From a bacterium (GTDB taxonomy: Bacteria > Desulfobacterota > S145-22), in the NCBI GenBank assembly GCA_029934085.1, contig JAOZMY010000001.1, positions 24,031 to 74,418 on the forward strand: a stretch of DNA of 50,388 bases, read 5' to 3'. The position numbers and the translations under genes are program-made. Under the pieces are notes generated by a model. That model saw only the letters and a program-made list of their open reading frames with translations. It ran no database searches and was not told the DNA's origin. Below are positions 17,670 through 25,069 of the stretch, piece after piece (within the stretch, counting starts at the first letter, position 1; every line of letters begins with the position of its first letter).

Positions 17670-18665
17670 ATGATGATGGACAACGAAAAGATCATTCATA
17701 TCTTGAAGGATCACGAGGGCAGGTTTGTATCGGGCGAGATTATCAGCCGTGAGGTTGGAATTACCCGGGCGGCCATTTGGAAGAGGATTTCGGCATTGAA
17801 GAGCATGGGATATGTCATTGATGCCCGTCAGAACATGGGATATCGCCTGATGCGTTCCCCGGATATCCTCACTCCTGAGGAGATTCAATACCGTCTCGGG
17901 ACGAAGATTATTGGCAGCGAAGTCCGTTACTATCCGGTTTTGGAGTCGACCAATGCGGAGGCCTTCCGTGCCGCCTCCGAAGGAGGAAAGGACGGACTGG
18001 TGATTGTCACGGATCACCAGACGGGCGGGAAGGGGCGTCTCAACCGCACGTGGTTTTCCTTCCGTCGCCAGTCCCTTTCCCTTTCCTTTGTCCTGCGTCC
18101 CAAGATCGTTCCTTACGTCGCCACCATGTTGACCTACATGGCGGGGATCGCTCTTTACGAGACGATCTACGCCATCACGGCGATTAAACCGGCGATCAAG
18201 TGGCCGAACGACATCATGATGAGCGGGAAAAAGGTAGCGGGAATCCTGTGCGAGCTGAATACCGAGACGGATGTGGTGAACTTTGCCGTCATCGGGATGG
18301 GAATCAATCTCAACGTCAGAAAGAATAAGTTTCCGGAAGAGATCCGAGATGCTTCCACCTCCATTTACGAGGAGACCAAGAAACGGGTCAAACGGGTCGC
18401 TTTTGTCAAGGAATTGCTCCGCCAGATGGATTATTGGTATGGCGTCTTTCTGAGGGATGGAGGCGATAGCCGAATCCTGGCCGAGTGGAAGGAGCGTGCG
18501 AAGATCGTGGGTCAAGATGTCAAGATTCGCTCCTTCAATGAGGAAATCGAGGGTGAGGTCGTAGATGTTGATTCCTATGGTGCCCTGATCATTCAGACGA
18601 AGGACGGCGAGAAGAAGCGCGTGATCGCTGGAGACCTGGAGACTATGGTCCTGCCCGAGGAGTAA
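17670..18665 (+). CDS. birA: Bifunctional biotin-[acetyl-CoA-carboxylase] ligase / biotin operon repressor
   Basis: It has an N-terminal winged HTH (ISREVGITRAAIWKRISALKSMGY). It also has the BPL core (QTGGKGRLNRTW, KWPNDIMMSGKKVAGIL). Confidence 0.9.
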   Translation: MMMDNEKIIHILKDHEGRFVSGEIISREVGITRAAIWKRISALKSMGYVIDARQNMGYRLMRSPDILTPEEIQYRLGTKIIGSEVRYYPVLESTNAEAFRAASEGGKDGLVIVTDHQTGGKGRLNRTWFSFRRQSLSLSFVLRPKIVPYVATMLTYMAGIALYETIYAITAIKPAIKWPNDIMMSGKKVAGILCELNTETDVVNFAVIGMGINLNVRKNKFPEEIRDASTSIYEETKKRVKRVAFVKELLRQMDYWYGVFLRDGGDSRILAEWKERAKIVGQDVKIRSFNEEIEGEVVDVDSYGALIIQTKDGEKKRVIAGDLETMVLPEE

Positions 18666-18666
18666 C

Positions 18667-19431
18667 ATGCTTCTTGCCATCGATGTGGGAAACACGAATA
18701 CGGTTTTTGGGGTCTTCAAGGGCGAAGAACTGCAAATAAGCTGGCGAGTCAGCACACTGGCGAACCGTTCCATAGACGAATATCGTATCCTCATCTCCAG
18801 ACTCTTCGAGCTGGAGGGGATGGAGATGGGAACGATATCGTCTTCGATCATCTCGTGTGTTGTCCCTACAGTTCTTGAGGCCTTACCCGTTTCCATCAAA
18901 AAGATGTTCGGGTTAACCCCGCTCGTTGTTGGGCCGGGGATCAAGACAGGGATGCCCATTTTTTACAGCAACCCCACGGAGGTGGGCGCGGACAGGATTG
19001 TAAACGCCGTCGCGGGCTATGAGAGATTCAAGACACAGACCATCGTGGTCGATTTCGGCACGGCGACCACCTTCGACTGCGTCTCTGAGAAGGGGGAATA
19101 CCTCGGGGGACTTATTGCTCCGGGGGTTCACATCTCCATGGAGGCCCTGTTCCAGTATGCCTCCAAGCTACCCCGGGTTGCCCTATGTTGGCCGGGCAGT
19201 GTCATTGGAAAGACAACCGTTCAGAGCATCCAGTCCGGGCTCCTTTACGGGTACGTGGAAATGGTGGATGGCCTCGTCCGCCGGATCAAGAAGGAAATGA
19301 AGGGACCTGCCAAGGTGATCGCCACCGGGGGACTATCCCGGCTTGTGGGCAAGGAGTCGCAGACCATCGATGAAACGGATGAACTCCTCACCCTCGACGG
19401 CTTGCGAATCATCTACGAGAGGAATTTATAA
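18667..19431 (+). CDS. coaX: Type III pantothenate kinase
   Basis: Motifs: MLLAIDVGNTNTVFGVF, GADRIVNAVA, VDFGTATTFD, ATGG. Confidence 0.92.
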   Translation: MLLAIDVGNTNTVFGVFKGEELQISWRVSTLANRSIDEYRILISRLFELEGMEMGTISSSIISCVVPTVLEALPVSIKKMFGLTPLVVGPGIKTGMPIFYSNPTEVGADRIVNAVAGYERFKTQTIVVDFGTATTFDCVSEKGEYLGGLIAPGVHISMEALFQYASKLPRVALCWPGSVIGKTTVQSIQSGLLYGYVEMVDGLVRRIKKEMKGPAKVIATGGLSRLVGKESQTIDETDELLTLDGLRIIYERNL

Positions 19432-19451
19432 AAGAAGGGAAAGATTAAAGT

Positions 19452-19490
19452 GGGGCTACAATCATATATCCAGCCCCTCTTTTCCTTGTC
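19452..19490. terminator. Hairpin between convergent coaX and epimerase genes (possible bidirectional terminator)
   Basis: GGGGCT (19452-19457) pairs with AGCCCC (19472-19477) across a 14-nt loop. The plus-strand tail is TCTTTTCCTTGTCTTTT. The stem is only 6 bp. Confidence 0.5.
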
Positions 19491-19499
19491 TTTTACTCT

Positions 19500-20465
19500 T
19501 CAGCCTTCAACTTTTACCCTATTATACCACTCCACGAATCTTTCAATCCCTTCTTCCATCGTGGTATGTGGGTCGTAACCTAATTCTTTACGGGCCCGGC
19601 TGATGTCGGCGTAGGTGATGTTGACATCCCCCGGTTGTAGAGGCAGGCGCTGAATGTTTGCCTTCTTTCCGAGGGCTGCCTCGATCATTCGGATGAGATC
19701 GATGAGGGCCGTGGTGCGTGATTCTCCCAGGTTGTAGAGATGAAAACCCGAATCGATCTTTCTTACCCTTATCATGCCGTCGATGATATCGTCGATATAA
19801 GTGTAATCCCGTTTCGTGGTGCCGTCTCCGAACATGGGAACAGGTTTGCCCTCGTCGATCAGGCGTGTAAACTTGTGAATCGCCATTTCCGGACGCTGCC
19901 TCGGGCCATAAACCGTGAAGAACCTCAGGGCCACGATGGTGAATTGATAGAGATGGTGATAGGTGTAACAGATCAGCTCACCCGCCTTTTTCGTCGCGGC
20001 GTAAGGGGAGATGGGATGATCCACGAAGTCATCCTCCGCGAAGGGAACCTTGGGATTGTTCCCGTAAACGGAGGAGGAAGAGGCAAAGACCATCCGGGAG
20101 ACTTCGTATTTCTTCATGGCCTCGAGTAGGTTCATAGTGCCGCGAATGTTGACCTCCTGATAGGTAACGGGATCGGCAATGGAGGGGCGCACGCCAGCCA
20201 TGGCGGCGAGATGAACGACTTCTTCCGGGTGATGGGTTTTGAAAACATCATTGATGAAATCCGTGTCCCTGATATCTCCCCTTAGGTCTGTGAACTGGTC
20301 GGAGCTGAAGCGTTTTTTAATCTCCCTAAGATTTTGCTCCTTGATCGTAGGATCGTAGAAGGGGTTCAGGTTATCGATGGAGATGACCCGATGTCCTTCT
20401 TCGAGGAGTGTTTCCGCGAAGTGGGATCCGATGAATCCGGCGGCGCCGGTGAGGAGAATTTTCAT
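19500..20465 (-). CDS. SDR-family NAD-dependent nucleotide-sugar epimerase/dehydratase (UDP-glucuronate 4-epimerase-like)
   Basis: Motifs: MKILLTGAAGFIGSH (GxxGxxG), YAATKKAGE (YxxxK), DGTTKRDYTYIDD. Confidence 0.85.
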   Translation of the reverse strand: MKILLTGAAGFIGSHFAETLLEEGHRVISIDNLNPFYDPTIKEQNLREIKKRFSSDQFTDLRGDIRDTDFINDVFKTHHPEEVVHLAAMAGVRPSIADPVTYQEVNIRGTMNLLEAMKKYEVSRMVFASSSSVYGNNPKVPFAEDDFVDHPISPYAATKKAGELICYTYHHLYQFTIVALRFFTVYGPRQRPEMAIHKFTRLIDEGKPVPMFGDGTTKRDYTYIDDIIDGMIRVRKIDSGFHLYNLGESRTTALIDLIRMIEAALGKKANIQRLPLQPGDVNITYADISRARKELGYDPHTTMEEGIERFVEWYNRVKVEG

Positions 20466-20477
20466 GGCCCTATCCTT

Positions 20478-21542
20478 TCAAAAATAGGTTACGTGTTTTT
20501 TGAACCTTTTCTTCCACTGGACGATTGGTTCCAGGGGTTTGGAGGCGAAGATGCGGTGTTCCGCATCCATCAAAACAACCTGATATTCGGGATGGGAGAC
20601 GGCCCATTGAATGGCTTTTTCTCTTCCCATGACGAAGAGAGCCGTGGCGAGGGCGTCGGCGTCCATCGTGTTTTTGGCTAAAACGGAGACACTCCGGAGG
20701 CCACGGGCGGGGAGACCAGTTCTGGGGTTGAGGATGTGGTGATACCGGACGTGGCCCTTGATGAAGTAGCGTTCGTAATCCCCTGAAGTGGCGATGGCAC
20801 GGTCCGAGAGGGAAACGATGGCGATGACGGCCTTGGGGTCGTCCGGGTCCTGGATGCCGATGTGCCAAAGACGTTGGAGAGGGGCCCCTGACGTGTAGAG
20901 ATCTCCCCCCGCGTTGACAATGAAGTTGTGAATTCCTTTGGCGTTGAGGAGTGCAGATGCCCTATCCACGGCAAAGCCCTTGGCGATTCCACCAAGATCG
21001 AGAGACATGCCTTTAATTTTCAGAGAGATGCGGTGGGTAATCGGATCGCATCTCACCTTGTCAATCCCGGTGTTTTTCAGCGCATTTGCGATGGCTAACT
21101 CCGGGGGGAGATGAGGGTTTTTGGTATCCCATCCCCAGAGCTTGATAAGTGGTCCCATCGTGATGTCGAAGGTCCCGTTCGTTTCTTTGCCGATGAGAAG
21201 CCCCTCGTAGATAACGCGACAGGTTAGGGGGGAGATAACCAAGGGGCCTTCCCCTGCGTGAGCATTGATTCGAGACAGTTCGCTACCCGGCCGATCGGGA
21301 TTCATGGCGCCGTCCACCGATTTTATCGCGTCGAAGGCCTGTTTGATAACCTTTTCGGAAGAAGAGGAGCCAACCCAGGTGATTTCGACGACCGTGCCCA
21401 TGATCCACTGGCTTTCGTGCAGAATCTGGGGGCGATCGCAGGCGGTTAGAGAGAGGAGACACAGGATCGCCAGGAAACTGAACCACAGATGTTTTGGGTG
21501 AAAGGACACAAGATGGGAAGGAAAATGAGAAATCGTTTTCAT
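20478..21542 (-). CDS. apbE: FAD:protein FMN transferase (ApbE family) lipoprotein
   Basis: The ATG at 21542 gives MKTISHF...LAILCLLSLTAC with a lipobox (LTAC). ApbE motifs are present: IMGTVVEI, LDLGGIAKGFAVD, ATSGDYERYF. The ORF-track start at 21668 would overlap the upstream gene. Confidence 0.85.
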   Translation of the reverse strand: MKTISHFPSHLVSFHPKHLWFSFLAILCLLSLTACDRPQILHESQWIMGTVVEITWVGSSSSEKVIKQAFDAIKSVDGAMNPDRPGSELSRINAHAGEGPLVISPLTCRVIYEGLLIGKETNGTFDITMGPLIKLWGWDTKNPHLPPELAIANALKNTGIDKVRCDPITHRISLKIKGMSLDLGGIAKGFAVDRASALLNAKGIHNFIVNAGGDLYTSGAPLQRLWHIGIQDPDDPKAVIAIVSLSDRAIATSGDYERYFIKGHVRYHHILNPRTGLPARGLRSVSVLAKNTMDADALATALFVMGREKAIQWAVSHPEYQVVLMDAEHRIFASKPLEPIVQWKKRFKKHVTYF

Positions 21543-21546
21543 CGGT

Positions 21547-22512
21547 TTATCTGAATAAAACATAAGACAGGGAGAGGAAAAGGATGTAGAGGGAGAAAAG
21601 GATGAGGCCGTGTATCTTTCGTATCTTTTTGGAGAAGAGGAGGATAGAAAGGAAGATGCCCACGACAACGAGTAGGGCTCCTCCGTAGAAGTGAAGGGTT
21701 CTGGCCTCCGCCGTTAATGGGCGTGCCGTGGCCGACATACCGACGATCCACAGAATATTCAGGATGTCCGCTCCGATGATGTCGCCCGCGGCAATGTCCC
21801 CCTCGTTTTTCAAGGCCGCGATGATGCAGGTTGTAACTTCCGGGAGTGAGGTTCCGATGGCTACCACGGTGAGACCGATAATGATTTCGGAGATCCCCAA
21901 AAGCCTTGAAATGCCGGTCGCGGCCCAGATGACGCCACGGCTCGAAGCGAGAACCCCGACGAGTCCCACTGAAAAGAGAAGAATCAGTGAGAGGTTGGAT
22001 CGTGTATGAATCTTGGGGATGTGTTGGTCTAAATTTTCCGCGATGACAATTTCCCGTTGGGTCTTGGCGTAGGAAATAAACCAGCCGAAATAGGCGGCGA
22101 GGATTCCCAGGAGGATGATTCCTTCGAGCCGGGAGATGGTCCCATTCAGGCTGAAGATGTAGAGGAGGCAGCCGCTCCCGAGGAGAACGAAGGCAGAAGG
22201 CTTGATGAGTTTTCGGTTGACGATGAAGGGAACGGGGGCGAGTAGGGCGGCAAGTCCAAAGGCGAGGGCGTCGTCAGCGATAACTGAACCGATAGCGTTT
22301 CCCAGGGCGAGATTACTGTATCCCATAATGGCGGACTGAACGGAAACAGCCAGTTCGGGGAGTGTGGTCCCCATGCTGACGAGTAAGGTGCCCACAATGA
22401 TTTTTGGGATATGATTGCGTTCGGCAATTCCGACGGCCCCCGAGACGAAGAGATGTCCGCAGAAGAGGAGAACGATAAAGCTTAGGATAAGAACTAAGGT
22501 ATAGGAAAGCAT
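21547..22512 (-). CDS. CaCA-family Na+(K+)/Ca2+ exchanger (YrbG-like)
   Basis: This 321-aa polytopic membrane protein has both alpha-repeats: GTTLPELAVS and AIGTSLPEVTT. Confidence 0.85.
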   Translation of the reverse strand: MLSYTLVLILSFIVLLFCGHLFVSGAVGIAERNHIPKIIVGTLLVSMGTTLPELAVSVQSAIMGYSNLALGNAIGSVIADDALAFGLAALLAPVPFIVNRKLIKPSAFVLLGSGCLLYIFSLNGTISRLEGIILLGILAAYFGWFISYAKTQREIVIAENLDQHIPKIHTRSNLSLILLFSVGLVGVLASSRGVIWAATGISRLLGISEIIIGLTVVAIGTSLPEVTTCIIAALKNEGDIAAGDIIGADILNILWIVGMSATARPLTAEARTLHFYGGALLVVVGIFLSILLFSKKIRKIHGLILFSLYILFLSLSYVLFR

Positions 22513-22663
22513 AGTATTCTTTGCTGGTATCCGGATCTTTTTCCATCATTCCTAACATACCCGCACGCGGTTGAAAAGCGGAACCTTCAATCTGGAGACT
22601 TCCCCTAACATTTCAGATTTTTGCGTTTGAATCCGGCGGCGGTTTTTGTCTTATTAGGGGGGC

Positions 22664-22692
22664 TTGATTTTAAAAATTTTTTATGTTAACTT
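22664..22692 (+). promoter_or_regulatory. Candidate sigma70 promoter of the rimP-nusA-infB operon (TTGATT-17 nt-TAACTT)
   Basis: The hexamers lie at 22664-22669 and 22687-22692 in an A/T-rich region. The -10 is weak (TAnnnT only). Confidence 0.35.
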
Positions 22693-22714
22693 ACGCAAAA
22701 TTTAGTTCGCTTGG

Positions 22715-22743
22715 AAGGCGGGCATTAGGCCCGCTTTCTATTT
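22715..22743 (+). promoter_or_regulatory. Terminator-like leader hairpin immediately upstream of the rimP RBS (candidate attenuator)
   Basis: GCGGGC (22718-22723) pairs with GCCCGC (22729-22734) across the loop ATTAG. The stem can be extended by G-U, A-U and A-U pairs. It is followed by TTTCTATTT. The RBS GAGAGGA and the ATG at 22755 follow directly. Confidence 0.45.
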
Positions 22744-22754
22744 GAGAGGAATAA

Positions 22755-23210
22755 ATGAAGGACCTCAAGCTTGTTGAGGAGATTTGCAGAGAGATCGGGG
22801 ACTGGATGGGGTTTGAGATCGTGGACGTGGAATTCGTTCCGGGAAACCGGGGCTGGGTTTTGCGTGTGACCATCGACAAGGAGGGGGGCGTGACAATCGA
22901 TGATTGTGCCGCCTTCAGCCATCAGCTCGACCCTCGGCTGGACGTGGAAGATTGTTTCCCCGGTCAGGTATACACCCTTGAGGTTTCGTCGCCCGGCCTG
23001 ACGCGCCCTTTGAAAAAACTGCAGGATTATACGCGGTTCCAAGGGAGAAAGGTCAAGATTAAGACGGCGAGGGAGATCGATGGCCGGAAGGTGTTCAAAG
23101 GGACCTTGGTCAGGGAAGAGGAAGGCCGGATAACTGTGAAAAATGGAAAGAGGGATATTGTCATCCCTTTTGAGGATATCGTAAAGGCAAATTTAGAATT
23201 TGAATGGTAA
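22755..23210 (+). CDS. rimP: Ribosome maturation factor RimP
   Basis: This 151-aa protein has LEVSSPGLTRPL. It occupies the conserved position upstream of nusA. Confidence 0.9.
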   Translation: MKDLKLVEEICREIGDWMGFEIVDVEFVPGNRGWVLRVTIDKEGGVTIDDCAAFSHQLDPRLDVEDCFPGQVYTLEVSSPGLTRPLKKLQDYTRFQGRKVKIKTAREIDGRKVFKGTLVREEEGRITVKNGKRDIVIPFEDIVKANLEFEW

Positions 23211-23241
23211 CCCATTACCCATGCAGGGAGGATGATGAGGC

Positions 23242-24747
23242 ATGGCGCCATCATTGGATTATGTTATTGAGCAAGTACAACGGGAGAAAGGAATTTCCCG
23301 GGATGTCATCGTAGATGCCATAGAAACGGCTATATTGACAGCAGTACGCAAGAAGATGGGACAGGATCTCGATCTTGAGGCCCAGTACAACCCTGAAACA
23401 GGTGAAATCGAGGTCTTTCAGTTCAGAACCGTGGTGGAAGAGGTGGAGAACCCCGACACGGAGATCTCGCTGGAGGAGGCGCGCCGAGAGCTTGACGAGG
23501 AAAGCGAGGTGGGAGACAGCATCGGGGTGAAGATCGATACCAGCGATCTCGGAAGGATCGCGGCCCAAACGGCAAAACAGGTCATCATGCAGAAGGTTCG
23601 AGACGCTGAGCTTGAGAGCATATACGAGCAGTATAAGGACCGGAAAGGCGACTTAATCAGCGGGACCGTCCAGAGAATCGAGCGGGGCGGGCATATCCTC
23701 GTGAATTTGGGAAAAACGGAGGCCCTTCTTCCCCTGAGCGAACAGATACCCAATGAAACCTTTCGACGGGGAGAGCGGGTCCGCGCCTTGATTATCGATG
23801 TGCGAAAGGAAACACGGGGACCGCAGATTATCCTTTCCAGGACCCATCCTGGTTTTTTGATCCGGCTCTTCGAATTGGAGGTTCCCGAAATCGCCTCGGG
23901 AGATGTGAAGATCGTCAACGCCGTTCGCGATCCGGGGCAGCGGGCGAAAATCGCTGTTTATACAAAGGATTCTCATATCGATCCCGTGGGTTCCTGCGTG
24001 GGGGTTCGAGGATCCAGGGTCCAGAACATCGTTCAGGAGCTTCGGGGAGAACGAATCGATATTATCCCGTGGACACCGGACTATACGAAGTTCATCTGTA
24101 GCGCCCTGGCGCCGGCCAAGATCTCGAAGGTCTTTATCGACGAGGAAAATCGTTCCATTGAGGTGATCGTCGATGATGATCAGCTTTCTCTTGCGATCGG
24201 GAAAAAGGGACAGAATGTCAGGCTGGCTTCCAAGTTGACGGAGTGGCGAATCGATATCCGGAGCGAAACGGAGCTCGAAGAGACCTTTAAGAAGGCTGTT
24301 GCGGACTTCATGGAGAAACTCGATATCGGTGAGGTCCTGGCAAGGATGCTCTATAATGAGGGTTTTGTGAGTGTTGAGGAGATTGCCGAGGTCGATATTG
24401 ATGAACTCCTTGAGATTGAGGGCCTGGAGGAAGAGAAGGCCCGGTGGATTCATGAAAGGGCGAAGGCCGCGGTGAAGGCATCTGAAGCTCCTGAAGGGGG
24501 GACTTTGGAGGAGGCAGAAGAAAAGGCTTCTGAGAAGAAGGGCGCTGCCGGGAGTGACTTGAAGGCTTTACCCGGCGTGGGGCCGAAACTCTTTTCGCAG
24601 TTCGTGCAATCTGGGATCGAGACGGTTGAAAAACTTGCCTCGTTGTCCCTGGAGGAACTCATGAAGGTCCCCGGGGTGGGCGAGAAAAAGGCGAAGGCCT
24701 TGCTGGAATCGGCAAAGGCCGCACTGGAACAGGGAGATGAGGCGTAA
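23242..24747 (+). CDS. nusA: Transcription termination/antitermination factor NusA
   Basis: This 501-aa protein has NTD, S1 and KH1/KH2 domains (GSCVGVRGSRVQ, AIGKKGQNVRLAS). It has a C-terminal HhH region (LPGVGPKL..., VPGVGEKKAKAL). Confidence 0.95.
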   Translation: MAPSLDYVIEQVQREKGISRDVIVDAIETAILTAVRKKMGQDLDLEAQYNPETGEIEVFQFRTVVEEVENPDTEISLEEARRELDEESEVGDSIGVKIDTSDLGRIAAQTAKQVIMQKVRDAELESIYEQYKDRKGDLISGTVQRIERGGHILVNLGKTEALLPLSEQIPNETFRRGERVRALIIDVRKETRGPQIILSRTHPGFLIRLFELEVPEIASGDVKIVNAVRDPGQRAKIAVYTKDSHIDPVGSCVGVRGSRVQNIVQELRGERIDIIPWTPDYTKFICSALAPAKISKVFIDEENRSIEVIVDDDQLSLAIGKKGQNVRLASKLTEWRIDIRSETELEETFKKAVADFMEKLDIGEVLARMLYNEGFVSVEEIAEVDIDELLEIEGLEEEKARWIHERAKAAVKASEAPEGGTLEEAEEKASEKKGAAGSDLKALPGVGPKLFSQFVQSGIETVEKLASLSLEELMKVPGVGEKKAKALLESAKAALEQGDEA

Positions 24748-25069
24748 TATTCCTATAAGGACCTGTATCGGGTGTCGGAAAAAAGGGATGAAGAGCTCCT
24801 TGATCCGATTTACCTTTACCCTGGGAAAGGGGATCCAGCTCGATAGACGGCAGATTCTGCCTGGGCGAGGGGCGTATGTTTGCAGAGATTTGACGTGCCT
24901 GGAGAAGGCTTGGAAGAAAAAGGCCTTTGTCCGCGCATTGAGGATACCTCCTGCTCAACTGAAGGATATTAGCCCGGATGATGTAAACCGTCTGAAGGAA
25001 GAGATGGCGGTCTTTATTTCGGGGGATGAGGAAAGATCCAAAGAAGGAGATTTAAATGAGCAAACTTGA
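24737..25069 (+). CDS. ylxR: YlxR/DUF448 family RNA-binding protein
   Basis: Motifs: PIRTCIGCRKK...GRGAYVC. It overlaps the nusA end by 11 nt and the infB start by 14 nt. Confidence 0.85.
   Translation: MRRNIPIRTCIGCRKKGMKSSLIRFTFTLGKGIQLDRRQILPGRGAYVCRDLTCLEKAWKKKAFVRALRIPPAQLKDISPDDVNRLKEEMAVFISGDEERSKEGDLNEQT

Noticed and set aside
17601-18959. A 452-aa ORF on the minus strand opposite birA/coaX. Similar long antisense ORFs occur at 11946-12947, 15597-16430, 30663-31823, 36833-37801, 9212-10105, 47553-48407, 23653-24453 and 2121-2876.
   Set aside because: Each lies entirely opposite a gene with unambiguous family motifs. Their translations are Arg/Gly/Pro/His-rich, low-complexity and motif-free. 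None has a credible RBS or operon logic. These are typical shadow ORFs of a moderately GC-rich genome.
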